DNA of 52,088 nt, from positions 32,329 to 84,416 of the forward strand of contig DBHI01000120.1 in NCBI GenBank assembly GCA_002296125.1, read 5' to 3'. The first letter of the stretch is position 1, and every line of letters begins with the position of its first letter. The DNA comes from Anaerolineales bacterium UBA832 (GTDB lineage Bacteria > Chloroflexota > Anaerolineae > Anaerolineales > UBA11657). A program made the translations under genes and the position numbers. The notes below the pieces were generated by a model that searched no databases, was not told the origin of the DNA, and was given only the letters and a program-made list of their open reading frames with translations. Positions 1 to 9,433 of the stretch are shown piece after piece.

Positions 1-2
1 CA

Positions 3-545
3 AAGTGTTTAGATGAAAAATATTATTGGATTGTGGATCCACTTGATGGTAGCATGAATTTTTATAGGGATCTTCCTATTAGTTGCATTTCAATAGGTTT
101 ATTTAATGGGACAAAGCCAGTAATAGGAGTAGTATATGATTTTCATAATGAAGATATGTATACTGGTATTGCTGATCATATTTCTACACTGCAAGATAAA
201 CCTATTCATGTTAGTAGTACAAGTAGTGTTCAGGATGCCATATTGTGTACAGGATTCCCCGTAAACATGGACTTTTCACAGAAAAAACTAATAGAGTTTG
301 TGGAACATGTAATCCATTATAAAAAAGTGCGCTTGTTAGGATCTGCTGCGCTTTCATTGGCGTATGTTGCATGCGGAAAGGTTGACGTATATATGGAGTC
401 AGATATTATGTTATGGGATGTAGCAGCAGGTCTTGCTTTAGTATTAGGGTCTGGAGGTTATGTTGATATTACTCCAGGTACTCATGAGTGGTCATACAAT
501 GTGTATGCGTCCAATAATAATATCAATAGTAGTCAGGATAATTAA
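3..545 (+). CDS. Inositol monophosphatase / bisphosphate nucleotidase family protein (SuhB/CysQ-like), 5'-truncated by the window edge
   Basis: The frame is open from base 3 (KCLDEKYYWIVDPLDGSMNF...), so the GTG at 33 in the ORF track is an internal Val. W-x-x-DPLDG-S-x-NF and LWDVAAG are the metal-binding signatures of the IMPase superfamily. Stop TAA at 543-545. Confidence 0.85.
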   Translation, partial: KCLDEKYYWIVDPLDGSMNFYRDLPISCISIGLFNGTKPVIGVVYDFHNEDMYTGIADHISTLQDKPIHVSSTSSVQDAILCTGFPVNMDFSQKKLIEFVEHVIHYKKVRLLGSAALSLAYVACGKVDVYMESDIMLWDVAAGLALVLGSGGYVDITPGTHEWSYNVYASNNNINSSQDN

Positions 546-586
546 GGTTTTCTAACATATATAGAGTATATAAAAACTTTCTTAAC

Positions 587-2464
587 GTGAGTAATTTGAT
601 ATTAGTGTCGGCAGATCTTGATTTGTCTCGGATAAAGCATAATTTACAATCTTATATGAATAAGACGTGGATGTATGCTGGTCAAGATGTTAGATTAAGA
701 ATTCGGTGGGAAAACACTTTAGTTCATCTACAACCTCGTGTTAATTTATCTTATCAACTGCAGGAAGCTGCTGATAGTTTGTCAGATGATTTTAATTTAT
801 GGATAGATACAATTGGTCAATCAAACAGTTCATTGTTTTGGTGGTTGGGACAAATAGCTGAGAAGAATCCGTTTGTATCTTCTTTGTTTTTTAATTTATG
901 CTATTTTAAGACGATCATTGATTATATACATAATAATCCTGACAAGAATTATTTAGTTGTTGTAGAAAATCACGCTTTGCGTCGCACATTGAGTAATTAT
1001 GCGAAGAAGAATCAATGGCAATTTGTTGAAATTGATAAATGGTTTGCAGAATTACAATCTCTAAAGAAATCAGTTGCCGAGATATTTTATGGTTTGTTAG
1101 CTAAAATTAATCTGGCTAAAAATTGGATTTCTTTACGGTTAATATTACGTGATTTGTACAAATATCAATCTAGAAATTACTCTGAACATAATTGTCAACT
1201 AAGTAAAACAATTTTATTTCACTCTTGGGTTAGAGATGATAGTATTGATAGTCAAGGGGAATTTATAGATCAGTTCTTCGGGAAGTTGCCTGATTTTATT
1301 AAATCTCATGGGTTTAAGGTGCAATATTTTCATTTACCACTTTCTTTTGTTACCAAATCTTCTGGTCCTTATTACCTTTTGAAGCCTTTGGCTGATAAGG
1401 GTTTACTGTTTCCTTCTCATAATTATTATAAAATCATTGATTTGTTTAAATCAATGATTTACCCAATGTTTTTGTGTTGGAAGCCGTTAAAAGTACAAAA
1501 ATTTAATTCTTGGGAGATTAATGATTTGATTTTGCAGGATAGATGGAATCAAGTATGGTCATCAAGAACAAGTGCTGCATACATGTATTATTTATTTGCT
1601 GCTAGGTTAGGGGAAAGAGGCATACGTTTTAATAAAACTTTGGGTACATTTGAAAATCATATATGGGAAAAAAGCTTTAATTTAGGAGTTCGGCATTTTA
1701 ATGTTTCGGACGAAATTGTTGGTTATCAACATACAACACTTAATTGGAATTATCATTGTTATTCACCAAAATTAAATGAATTTAAATCAGGTGTTTTACC
1801 TGATAGAGTAATTTGCAGTGGATCAATTTGGGAATCTGAATTAATAAAGCGAGGATATAGTAATGTGGATGTTGGAGGAGCATTACGATTTGAATTTTTG
1901 TCAAACAAAATGGAATCATGTGATCGAGACAACAATGAACCCATTATATTAGTGGCAGTTAACGCAGGTGGATTTTTGACACTTGAGGTATTGCGGCAAG
2001 TGTATTTAGCATTTAAGCAGGAGAAGCATAGTAAGATATTAATAAAGGTTCATCCGCATTTACAAATTGATAGTGTTGATTTTGATACAATTTTTGATGG
2101 AAATAAACCATCTAATTTTGAGGTGATTGACAGACCTATGTCTGAATTGCTTCTAGAAGTGGATTTGTTGATTTATTCGTCTACGTCTGTATGTTTAGAG
2201 GCACTTGCAATGGGAGTGCCTGTTATCTCAGTAATACCGGAAACATTTCTTGATTTGGACGATTTGAGATTATTGCCAAATTTGCGTTGTGCAACAGGAT
2301 CATATCAAGAGTTGTTTTTGCAGTCAGAGAAAATTTTAGGAAGATCTCAGGGTGAATATGAGGATTGGTTATCAAAAATTGGTGATACCATGACAGATGT
2401 TTTTTCACCTGTGACAGTTAATACATTGGAATCGTTCATATTAAGTGAGGAAAGTCGTGAATAA
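587..2464 (+). CDS. Hypothetical 625-aa protein; the C-terminal third resembles the sugar-nucleotide-binding half of GT-B-fold transferases (capsule/teichoic-type)
   Basis: Long ORF with a GTG start 41 nt after the previous stop. The C-terminal block PIILVAVNAGG...KILIKVHPH...DLLIYSSTSVCLEALAMGVPVISV looks like a GT-B C-domain. The N-terminal ~400 aa are not recognisable by eye. Confidence 0.4.
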   Translation: MSNLILVSADLDLSRIKHNLQSYMNKTWMYAGQDVRLRIRWENTLVHLQPRVNLSYQLQEAADSLSDDFNLWIDTIGQSNSSLFWWLGQIAEKNPFVSSLFFNLCYFKTIIDYIHNNPDKNYLVVVENHALRRTLSNYAKKNQWQFVEIDKWFAELQSLKKSVAEIFYGLLAKINLAKNWISLRLILRDLYKYQSRNYSEHNCQLSKTILFHSWVRDDSIDSQGEFIDQFFGKLPDFIKSHGFKVQYFHLPLSFVTKSSGPYYLLKPLADKGLLFPSHNYYKIIDLFKSMIYPMFLCWKPLKVQKFNSWEINDLILQDRWNQVWSSRTSAAYMYYLFAARLGERGIRFNKTLGTFENHIWEKSFNLGVRHFNVSDEIVGYQHTTLNWNYHCYSPKLNEFKSGVLPDRVICSGSIWESELIKRGYSNVDVGGALRFEFLSNKMESCDRDNNEPIILVAVNAGGFLTLEVLRQVYLAFKQEKHSKILIKVHPHLQIDSVDFDTIFDGNKPSNFEVIDRPMSELLLEVDLLIYSSTSVCLEALAMGVPVISVIPETFLDLDDLRLLPNLRCATGSYQELFLQSEKILGRSQGEYEDWLSKIGDTMTDVFSPVTVNTLESFILSEESRE

Positions 2465-2471
2465 TAACAAA

Positions 2472-3347
2472 ATGTTGATTACCGGAGCTAATGGAATGGT
2501 AGGCAGTTATGTAACAAAGATTTTTTCAGATTGGGATTTGTATATGACTGATTTGGATTCATTAGATATGTCTAGCACAAAGTTAGATGTATGTGATGCT
2601 GTAGAAGTGATGCAAATAGTAAAAAATGTTGATCCTGATTTTGTTTTACATTTAGCAGCAGCTACAGATGTTGATCGATGTCAAATTGAGCCAGAATGGG
2701 CTTACAGAGTAAATGCTATAGGTACTCAGAATATTGCTTTGGCATGCCAAGAAACAAATGCTCGTTTAATTTATGTTAGTACAGGAAATGTATTTGAAGG
2801 AAACAAAGAAACAGAATATACAGAGTTTGACAAACCAGGTCCTAAGAATATTTATGGAAACTCTAAATTGGTAGGTGAAGAAATAGTTAGTTCTCTGTTA
2901 AATAAGTATTACATTGTTAGGGCTGGTTGGATGATAGGTGGTGGTGTAAAGGACAAGAAGTTTGTTAGCAAGATGGCACATATGTTAATGGATGATCAAG
3001 GACCTTTGAAAGCTGTTAATGATAAATTCGGAAGTCCTACATATGCTTTTGATTTACTTGAAGGAATATCTAAATTGATTGATACAGGCTATTATGGTTT
3101 GTATCATATGGTTAATCCTGGCATGGTATCACGATTTGAAATAGCGGAAGCGTTAAGAGATATTTTGAAAATGACACAAGTAGAAATTGAATCTGTGACT
3201 TCTGAAGAGTTTCAAACTCCAGCCCCAAGAATTCGCATGGAAGCTCTTTCGAATTATAAGCTAGAATTATTAGGGTATAACTGGATGAGGTCATGGAAGG
3301 AAGCATTGAAAGAATATGTTATTACGGAATTATTACCTGTTTTATAA
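2472..3347 (+). CDS. RmlD-like SDR (dTDP-4-dehydrorhamnose reductase family; NDP-4-keto-6-deoxyhexose reductase)
   Basis: MLITGANGMVGS glycine-rich NAD(P) loop, YGNSKLVGE (YxxxK), and FGSPTYAFDL, typical of the RmlD substrate-binding domain. I prefer the ATG at 2472, just after the upstream stop at 2464, over the ORF-track start at 2445. Confidence 0.75.
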   Translation: MLITGANGMVGSYVTKIFSDWDLYMTDLDSLDMSSTKLDVCDAVEVMQIVKNVDPDFVLHLAAATDVDRCQIEPEWAYRVNAIGTQNIALACQETNARLIYVSTGNVFEGNKETEYTEFDKPGPKNIYGNSKLVGEEIVSSLLNKYYIVRAGWMIGGGVKDKKFVSKMAHMLMDDQGPLKAVNDKFGSPTYAFDLLEGISKLIDTGYYGLYHMVNPGMVSRFEIAEALRDILKMTQVEIESVTSEEFQTPAPRIRMEALSNYKLELLGYNWMRSWKEALKEYVITELLPVL

Positions 3348-3378
3348 ATTATTTAATATCGACTTTTTATAGCAACTT

Positions 3379-4581
3379 ATGACTACTGTTACTGTGTTGA
3401 TGCCGGTGTATAACGGTGCTAGATATCTTAGAGAAGCTATAGATAGCATTCTACAACAAACATTTCAGGATTTTGAGTTTCTAATTATTGATGATGCTAG
3501 TACAGATGAATCGGTCAAAATTGTTTTGTCATATCATGATGATAGAATAAGATTGATTCAAAATGAATCTAACCTCGGTCAAGTTAAATGTCAGAACAAA
3601 GGATTACACCTTGCAAATGGTAAATATATTGCTAGGCTTGATCAAGATGATAGTAGTGAAGCAAACCGTTTGCAGAGACAAATAGAGTTTCTGAATTCAA
3701 ATAATAGACTTGCTGTAGTAGGTACATGGCTTGTGAAGGTAGACGGTCGTGGTAATGAGATAGGCAAATGGTTGGGTAATATTGATGATTACATTGATGT
3801 TTTGTTTACGAGTTTAACTAACTCTTTGCCTTTGTATCATCCATCGGTAATGTTTAGACGAGATGCTGTATTGGCTGTCAATGGATATGATGAGGATTTA
3901 CCTTATTGTGAAGATCAGGATTTATGGCGTAGGCTTGCACTAGCTGGTTATGAATCTATTGTGATTCCAGAAGTTTTAACAAGGTATCGTATACATGATG
4001 ATCAACAATCTGTAACCAAATCAAACATTCAAAGTAATAATGTAATTATTACTCTTGAACGTTTTCTGGAATATTTTGTGATTGACTCAGCAGTAAAACC
4101 TTTACGTTTATTGATGACATGTGAATCGTTGCTAGGTTTGGAGTTTTGGGAATTATGTTCCAGTCCAAAAGTAACTCGTCAATATTGTGATTACATTTTG
4201 CAGTTATTGTTCAGTATGAAGGAGAAATTGCAATTGACGTCTATTCAATTTGAGAAGTTGGAGTTATTGATGCGGAGGCATGCTGTATATGCTAGTTTGC
4301 GTGCTTGGAGAGGTGGGTTGTTTAGACAGTGGTTTGCAAGTGTGCCAATGTACTTGTTTGCTGTTCGAGGTGGAATATCAATGACATTATGTCATTATGT
4401 GTATATTTATCCAATTGTTTATGTGATTGCTCCCATTTTTATAATACTTCGTACAATAAAAAGATTGGTTTTTAAAATAACATACGTAAAGTCGTTGTTT
4501 GAATACATGAGGCATATTGGTAAGCAATCCAATGTATTGCGTTACTGGTACAGAAAAATCAGATATTCGAATTCAAGATAG
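3379..4581 (+). CDS. GT2-family glycosyltransferase with a ~180-aa C-terminal extension ending in hydrophobic segments
   Basis: VTVLMPVYNGARYLREAIDSILQQTFQDFEFLIIDDASTDES is a GT-A N-terminus with a DxD-type motif, and RLDQDD is also present. The C-terminus VPMYLFAVRGG...YIYPIVYVIAPIFIILRTI is hydrophobic. Confidence 0.8.
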   Translation: MTTVTVLMPVYNGARYLREAIDSILQQTFQDFEFLIIDDASTDESVKIVLSYHDDRIRLIQNESNLGQVKCQNKGLHLANGKYIARLDQDDSSEANRLQRQIEFLNSNNRLAVVGTWLVKVDGRGNEIGKWLGNIDDYIDVLFTSLTNSLPLYHPSVMFRRDAVLAVNGYDEDLPYCEDQDLWRRLALAGYESIVIPEVLTRYRIHDDQQSVTKSNIQSNNVIITLERFLEYFVIDSAVKPLRLLMTCESLLGLEFWELCSSPKVTRQYCDYILQLLFSMKEKLQLTSIQFEKLELLMRRHAVYASLRAWRGGLFRQWFASVPMYLFAVRGGISMTLCHYVYIYPIVYVIAPIFIILRTIKRLVFKITYVKSLFEYMRHIGKQSNVLRYWYRKIRYSNSR

Positions 4582-4676
4582 TTATAGTTAATTATATGGA
4601 GAATTAGACAATTAATAGATCAACAGATTATTCACAAAATGTAATTGCTTATGTTACTGAAAGTTATCCAGGCATA

Positions 4677-5912
4677 ATGACGTTTATGGAACGTGAGATT
4701 TCAGGTCTGATTCATCATGGATGGAAAGTATCAGTCCTAGCTTTGCATGGTCCGATGCATGTAAACTATGCTGCTGAATTGGATCAGAGCAAAGTAGATA
4801 AATATTATTGTTTGAATAGACATTTGTTTTCAATTAGAATGTTGCTGTCACATGTGAGTATGTTGATAAAAATACCAGGCAAGTATTTTAACTCACTGAT
4901 CTGTTTGTTTCGTTATTATTCTTCATCTTGGTATTTATTTTCAAGAGCTATATATGCGTTTTTAAAAGCTGGCTATTTTTATGAGATCGCTAGATCAGTT
5001 GGGGTTAAACATATACATGCACATTTTGCTGGTAGGACTGTCGATGTTGCAATTTTTTTGTCAAAATTCCTTGAGATCGAGTTTAGTTTTACGGGTCATT
5101 CAAATGATGTAACAGGTACATATCCTCTTCTGCAAGAAAAAATTCAGCTTGCAAGTTTTGTGATTGCAGAGAATCAGAATGCGTATGATGCAGTTGTGTC
5201 ACTGATACCACATGATAATATTGATCATGATGTTCACATCATTCGACCTGGTGTAAACACAAGTTTTTTTAAGCCATTAGTAGATATGCAATCGGATATT
5301 CCAACATTGATTAGTGTAACAAGACTAGTTGAATCCAAGGGATTGAATGATTTGGTTAATGCATGCTGCCAGTTAAAAGAGCGAGGATTGGATTTTGTTT
5401 GTCATATTGTAGGTGATGGGCCTCTATTTAATGAATTAGAGATGCAGATAAATGAACTCAATCTTGACAAATATATATTTCTTAAAGGGGAGTTGCCATC
5501 TACAGAAATATTACAATTATTGAATAATTCATGGATTTTTGTTCTACCTTGTATACGAGTCAATAGTAGCCAGGGTGATCATCCTAAAGAGTTTGTTTCT
5601 GTAGTAGAGGATGGTATTCCATCATCTTTAATAGAAGCTATGTCAGTAGGATTACCAGTAGTAACTACTAATGTAGGAGCTCTGCATGAATTAATAAATA
5701 GTCCAATCAATGGCATGGTTGTTGAACAAAGAAATTCAGATGAATTAGCACGCGTATTGATAAATTTAATAAATGACTCATCTTTGAGGAATGAATTAGG
5801 TGATAATGCTAGAAAAACAGTAATGAAAGACTTTGATACTTATGTTTGTTCAAGAAAATTGGGTTCACTTATATTAAATACTATTAATAAAAATAAACTG
5901 GAGAAGTTATGA
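4677..5912 (+). CDS. GT4-family (GT-B) glycosyltransferase, WcaL-like; the true start is probably upstream of the first ATG
   Basis: C-terminal E-x7-E region VEDGIPSSLIEAMSVGLPVVTTNVGALHE and LVESKGLNDL...IVGDGPL. The frame is open from 4608 and encodes NVIAYVTESYPG, a GT-B beta-1-like strand, with no ATG/GTG/TTG (see findings). Confidence 0.8.
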   Translation: MTFMEREISGLIHHGWKVSVLALHGPMHVNYAAELDQSKVDKYYCLNRHLFSIRMLLSHVSMLIKIPGKYFNSLICLFRYYSSSWYLFSRAIYAFLKAGYFYEIARSVGVKHIHAHFAGRTVDVAIFLSKFLEIEFSFTGHSNDVTGTYPLLQEKIQLASFVIAENQNAYDAVVSLIPHDNIDHDVHIIRPGVNTSFFKPLVDMQSDIPTLISVTRLVESKGLNDLVNACCQLKERGLDFVCHIVGDGPLFNELEMQINELNLDKYIFLKGELPSTEILQLLNNSWIFVLPCIRVNSSQGDHPKEFVSVVEDGIPSSLIEAMSVGLPVVTTNVGALHELINSPINGMVVEQRNSDELARVLINLINDSSLRNELGDNARKTVMKDFDTYVCSRKLGSLILNTINKNKLEKL

Positions 5913-7681
5913 ATATAGTGGGAATACATGATGGTCACAACTCTAGTGTAACAATTGTACAAAATGGTAAGGTTTTAGCTGCTTGTCAGGAAGAACGTTT
6001 GACTCGTGTGAAAAATCAAGGTGGTTCACCAGTAAATGCTTTACATGAATCTTTGAGAATCAGTGGACTTGGCACATTGGACTCGATTGATCAATTTGTT
6101 ATAGCAGGCAGAGTATCTCAGCCACCATATATTACTCGTCAAGATGTTTTAGATGATTATGCTTATAAAAGTATGTATAGTAAATCAGCTATGGGAGCGC
6201 TGCGATCAGTAGTATCAGATAATGACTTGATCAGGAATTTATGGTTACGCTTACAAAAATATCAAACTTCTTCTGCGCAAAGAATGCGATCAAGTTTTTT
6301 AATTGATGAAGGAGTTCCGTTTGAAAAAGTTCAATTTATCGATCACCATACTGCACATGCATCTAGTGCATATTATGGTATGGCTAATTATGATGAACGT
6401 ATTTTAGTGTTAACTAATGATGGTGCTGGAGATGGTTTGTGTGGAACTGTGAGCATAGGATATGAAGGTCAGTTGCAGCGTATTGGACAGATATCAGAGG
6501 ACAATTCACTTGCTACTATTTTTGCAATGATAACTTATATGATGGGAATGGTTCCGCTTGAGCATGAGTATAAGATAATGGGTTTGGCTCCATATTATCG
6601 AGGTGATGTTAAAAACAATAAAGTATATCAAGGTCTTGTTAATATTTTTGAATGGGATCAAGAGACTCCATTTTTGTGGCGAAGGAGTGATCATATTCCT
6701 AGAGTTGGATATCTCTGGAAATATTTAGAAAATTTGCTACATAATCAACGTTTTGATTCTGTTGCAGCTAGTATGCAGGCATATACTGAGATGTTTATGG
6801 TTGAGTGGGTCAAACGTTGTATTCGTGAAACAGGAGTGACTAGAGTTGCTGTTGCTGGTGGTACGTTTATGAACGTGAAAGCTAATCAAGCATTGCTAGA
6901 TATACCAGACGTTGAAGAATTATTTGTTTTTCCTTCATGTGGTGATGAAACAAATTCGGTGGGTGCTGCTTATTGGTCTTATGCTCACAGTCAATTGTCG
7001 GATCATAAGACTGTCAATATTCATAAATTGGGTTCAATTTATTGGGGTGGTGAATTTAGTGATCATGAGATAGAAAATGTATTAGAAAATTTTAAGTTTA
7101 ATAGCAAAGAAGTCATTTATAAAAAACACGATAATATTGAGAGTATAGTAGCTGAACTTTTGTCTACTGACAAAGTAGTTGCTCGTTTCAAAGGTAGAAT
7201 GGAATTTGGTGCTCGTGCCTTAGGTAATCGATCTATACTTGCTAAACCATCTGATTTACAAGTTGTTCAATATATTAATGATATTATCAAATCCCGGGAT
7301 TTCTGGATGCCTTTTGCTCCAGCAGTTTTAGCGGAATATAGTGATGATTATTTTCGGAAAAACAAACCAATTAGTGCAAGTTATATGGTTATGTCATTTG
7401 ATACTAAGAAAAGTAAGCGAGGAGATATTATTGCATCTTTGCATCCTCAAGATGGTACTGCTAGACCACAGGAAGTATATTCAGATATGAATTCCGATTT
7501 TGCATCCTTGTTACAAGAATATCGTAGTATAACTGGAGAAGCTGTGCTTTTAAATACATCTTTTAATTTACATGGTTATCCATTAGTTTATTCTCCGTTA
7601 GATGCATTAAATGTTTTTAATAGATCTGGACTAGAATATATGGCTTTGGGAAATTATTTGGTATCTAAGTGCGAAAAATAA
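5909..7681 (+). CDS. Carbamoyltransferase, NodU/CmcH/TobZ family (copy 1)
   Basis: MNIVGIHDGHNSSV...QEERLTRVKN, HHTAHASSAYY, GRMEFGARALGNRSILAKP, FWMPFAPAVL and LLNTSFNLHGYPLV. ATGA overlap with the upstream GT4. Confidence 0.9.
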   Translation: MNIVGIHDGHNSSVTIVQNGKVLAACQEERLTRVKNQGGSPVNALHESLRISGLGTLDSIDQFVIAGRVSQPPYITRQDVLDDYAYKSMYSKSAMGALRSVVSDNDLIRNLWLRLQKYQTSSAQRMRSSFLIDEGVPFEKVQFIDHHTAHASSAYYGMANYDERILVLTNDGAGDGLCGTVSIGYEGQLQRIGQISEDNSLATIFAMITYMMGMVPLEHEYKIMGLAPYYRGDVKNNKVYQGLVNIFEWDQETPFLWRRSDHIPRVGYLWKYLENLLHNQRFDSVAASMQAYTEMFMVEWVKRCIRETGVTRVAVAGGTFMNVKANQALLDIPDVEELFVFPSCGDETNSVGAAYWSYAHSQLSDHKTVNIHKLGSIYWGGEFSDHEIENVLENFKFNSKEVIYKKHDNIESIVAELLSTDKVVARFKGRMEFGARALGNRSILAKPSDLQVVQYINDIIKSRDFWMPFAPAVLAEYSDDYFRKNKPISASYMVMSFDTKKSKRGDIIASLHPQDGTARPQEVYSDMNSDFASLLQEYRSITGEAVLLNTSFNLHGYPLVYSPLDALNVFNRSGLEYMALGNYLVSKCEK

Positions 7682-9330
7682 TATATAAACAATATTTACT
7701 AGCTATCTTGTGGGTTTTCATACTGTATATCCCTACTATTTATGCATTATCTTCATCTATAATTTCAGATAGATACTTCTCTGGTAGCATTGTAAATATT
7801 CATGACCATAATGCTTATCTATCATCAGTCCAAGATGGTATGAATGGAGAAGTATGGCTGGGGAATTTATTGTTTACTACTGAAAGTGATTTACCACAGG
7901 GACTGCATCATATTCATGCATCATTATTTTATAGAATACTTGGTTGGATTTATGGTTTGATTGGACTTCCAATAAATTTGTTTTATATAGTTATAGGAAG
8001 TATATTTGCATTTATAGCTTTTATTGGATATTGTAAACTATTTAATGCATGTTTTAGTAGTAAAAGAGAATTAACTGTAGCCATGATACTGTTGTTTGTT
8101 TTTCCTGGTGTATTGTGGATCAATCAACTCATGCAGCAAATTCCTGATAATACTACTTATTTTCCAAACCACATTTTATTTGCAGAACTGTGGGGAAATC
8201 CTAGTATGAATCCACTGACCCACAATAGTTATATGCCTCATTTTGTGTTTGCTACTGCTACTTCTTCTATTTTATTTTGTAGCTTACTTGAAGTGGTTCA
8301 CTCAAAATCTTCTAATTATTTGAGAATTGCAATATCTAGCTTGTTGGTAGCTTGGCTGTTACCTACATTAGGTATATTGTGGATAGCAATTTCCTTTACC
8401 TATATTCTATATAATAGATTGTATTTTGGTTTGTCTAATTCTAGAATCAAGTTATTATCTATTTCATTTGTACCAGCAGTTATACTATCTTTATGGTCAT
8501 CTCATTTAGTATTTCTCGATGAGTTTTGGGTAAAGTATATTTATACAAATGTTGTGATGAATGGAACTATTGACTTAGCTCTGTTCATTCTCCATTTAGG
8601 TATTTTTAGTATAGTAGTAGCATGGAGTATGTTTGAGATTGCCAAAAATCATACTAAGAATTCTGGAGGTACTGTATTAGCTGTTATATGGTTGTTCTGG
8701 TTATTTATTATTTCATTGGCATCTTTTCCAGGTTCTCCGAGATTTATGGATGGAATTTATTTGCCAGTTATTATCCTTGTAACATATGCTTATTCCAATA
8801 TTAGAAACACTAAACCAGCACTGTTACGATGGTTCAATTTAACAATAATTGTAGCTGTTTTACCAGGAACTATTCTTACATATATATATCCATGGTATGG
8901 TCACTTATATGTTCACTTTTTTGAGACGCGTTTAAATTTGCTTAGTGATGAAATTTGGCCAATACATTTATCTAAATCAGAGGCCAATACCCTGTACTGG
9001 CTTAAAGATAATGTTGATAATAGTGATGTTGTTATATCGGGACCGATAATGTCTAGTTTTGTACCGGCTTTTTCTGGTTCGAGGGTTTATTTTGGGCATA
9101 TTGGTAGAACAGTTGATTTTCATCGTAAGTTAGATGAATTACAGACACTTGAAGATACCAAAAGATTACCTTTACTTGAATTAGATGGGGATTTGTGGCT
9201 GGTGAGTACACCAAAAGAACCAATTGCTTCTCCGAGTAGATTGTATGTTGGTCAGACCAATTATTATTGTGCAACAGATAGTATTTTGATGGATGATGTT
9301 TCAGTGGTGCAATATCAATGGTGTGATTAG
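7669..9330 (+). CDS. Polytopic membrane protein (~12 hydrophobic segments plus a ~100-aa C-terminal soluble domain), putative GT-C-type glycosyltransferase
   Basis: GTG start overlapping the upstream stop. The first loop has an acidic/His cluster (SDRYFSGSIVNIHDHNAYLSSVQDG). The C-terminal segment SEANTLYWLKDNVDNSDVVISGP...FSGSRVYFGH resembles the periplasmic tail of GT-C enzymes. No family could be assigned by eye. Confidence 0.45.
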   Translation: MRKIIYKQYLLAILWVFILYIPTIYALSSSIISDRYFSGSIVNIHDHNAYLSSVQDGMNGEVWLGNLLFTTESDLPQGLHHIHASLFYRILGWIYGLIGLPINLFYIVIGSIFAFIAFIGYCKLFNACFSSKRELTVAMILLFVFPGVLWINQLMQQIPDNTTYFPNHILFAELWGNPSMNPLTHNSYMPHFVFATATSSILFCSLLEVVHSKSSNYLRIAISSLLVAWLLPTLGILWIAISFTYILYNRLYFGLSNSRIKLLSISFVPAVILSLWSSHLVFLDEFWVKYIYTNVVMNGTIDLALFILHLGIFSIVVAWSMFEIAKNHTKNSGGTVLAVIWLFWLFIISLASFPGSPRFMDGIYLPVIILVTYAYSNIRNTKPALLRWFNLTIIVAVLPGTILTYIYPWYGHLYVHFFETRLNLLSDEIWPIHLSKSEANTLYWLKDNVDNSDVVISGPIMSSFVPAFSGSRVYFGHIGRTVDFHRKLDELQTLEDTKRLPLLELDGDLWLVSTPKEPIASPSRLYVGQTNYYCATDSILMDDVSVVQYQWCD

Positions 9331-9433
9331 TGACTTTAGTTGATAACATATATATAATTGTTTGCAAAATGTTACTGATCAATTTGAGTGAATTTTGGAC
9401 ATATAAACTAATCAATAAATGTTGGTATTTTAG

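Noticed and set aside
558-572. TATATA-GAG-TATATA symmetric element just upstream of the first locus gene
   Set aside because: It could be a -10 region or an operator. TATATA repeats are common in AT-rich intergenic DNA (a similar taacatatata occurs at about 9344), and no matching -35 or partner site was found.
2445-2471. N-terminally extended starts in the ORF track (2445, 16945, 27234, 32911, 42151, 48653)
   Set aside because: Downstream starts give canonical N-termini: MLITGANG, MKIKN, MKILFVTQ, MNLDGKKVLVTGG, MCGVFG and V/MNSNVLVTGG. They also have better RBS spacing or minimal overlap with the upstream gene. For AsnB, Cys2 is mechanistically required.
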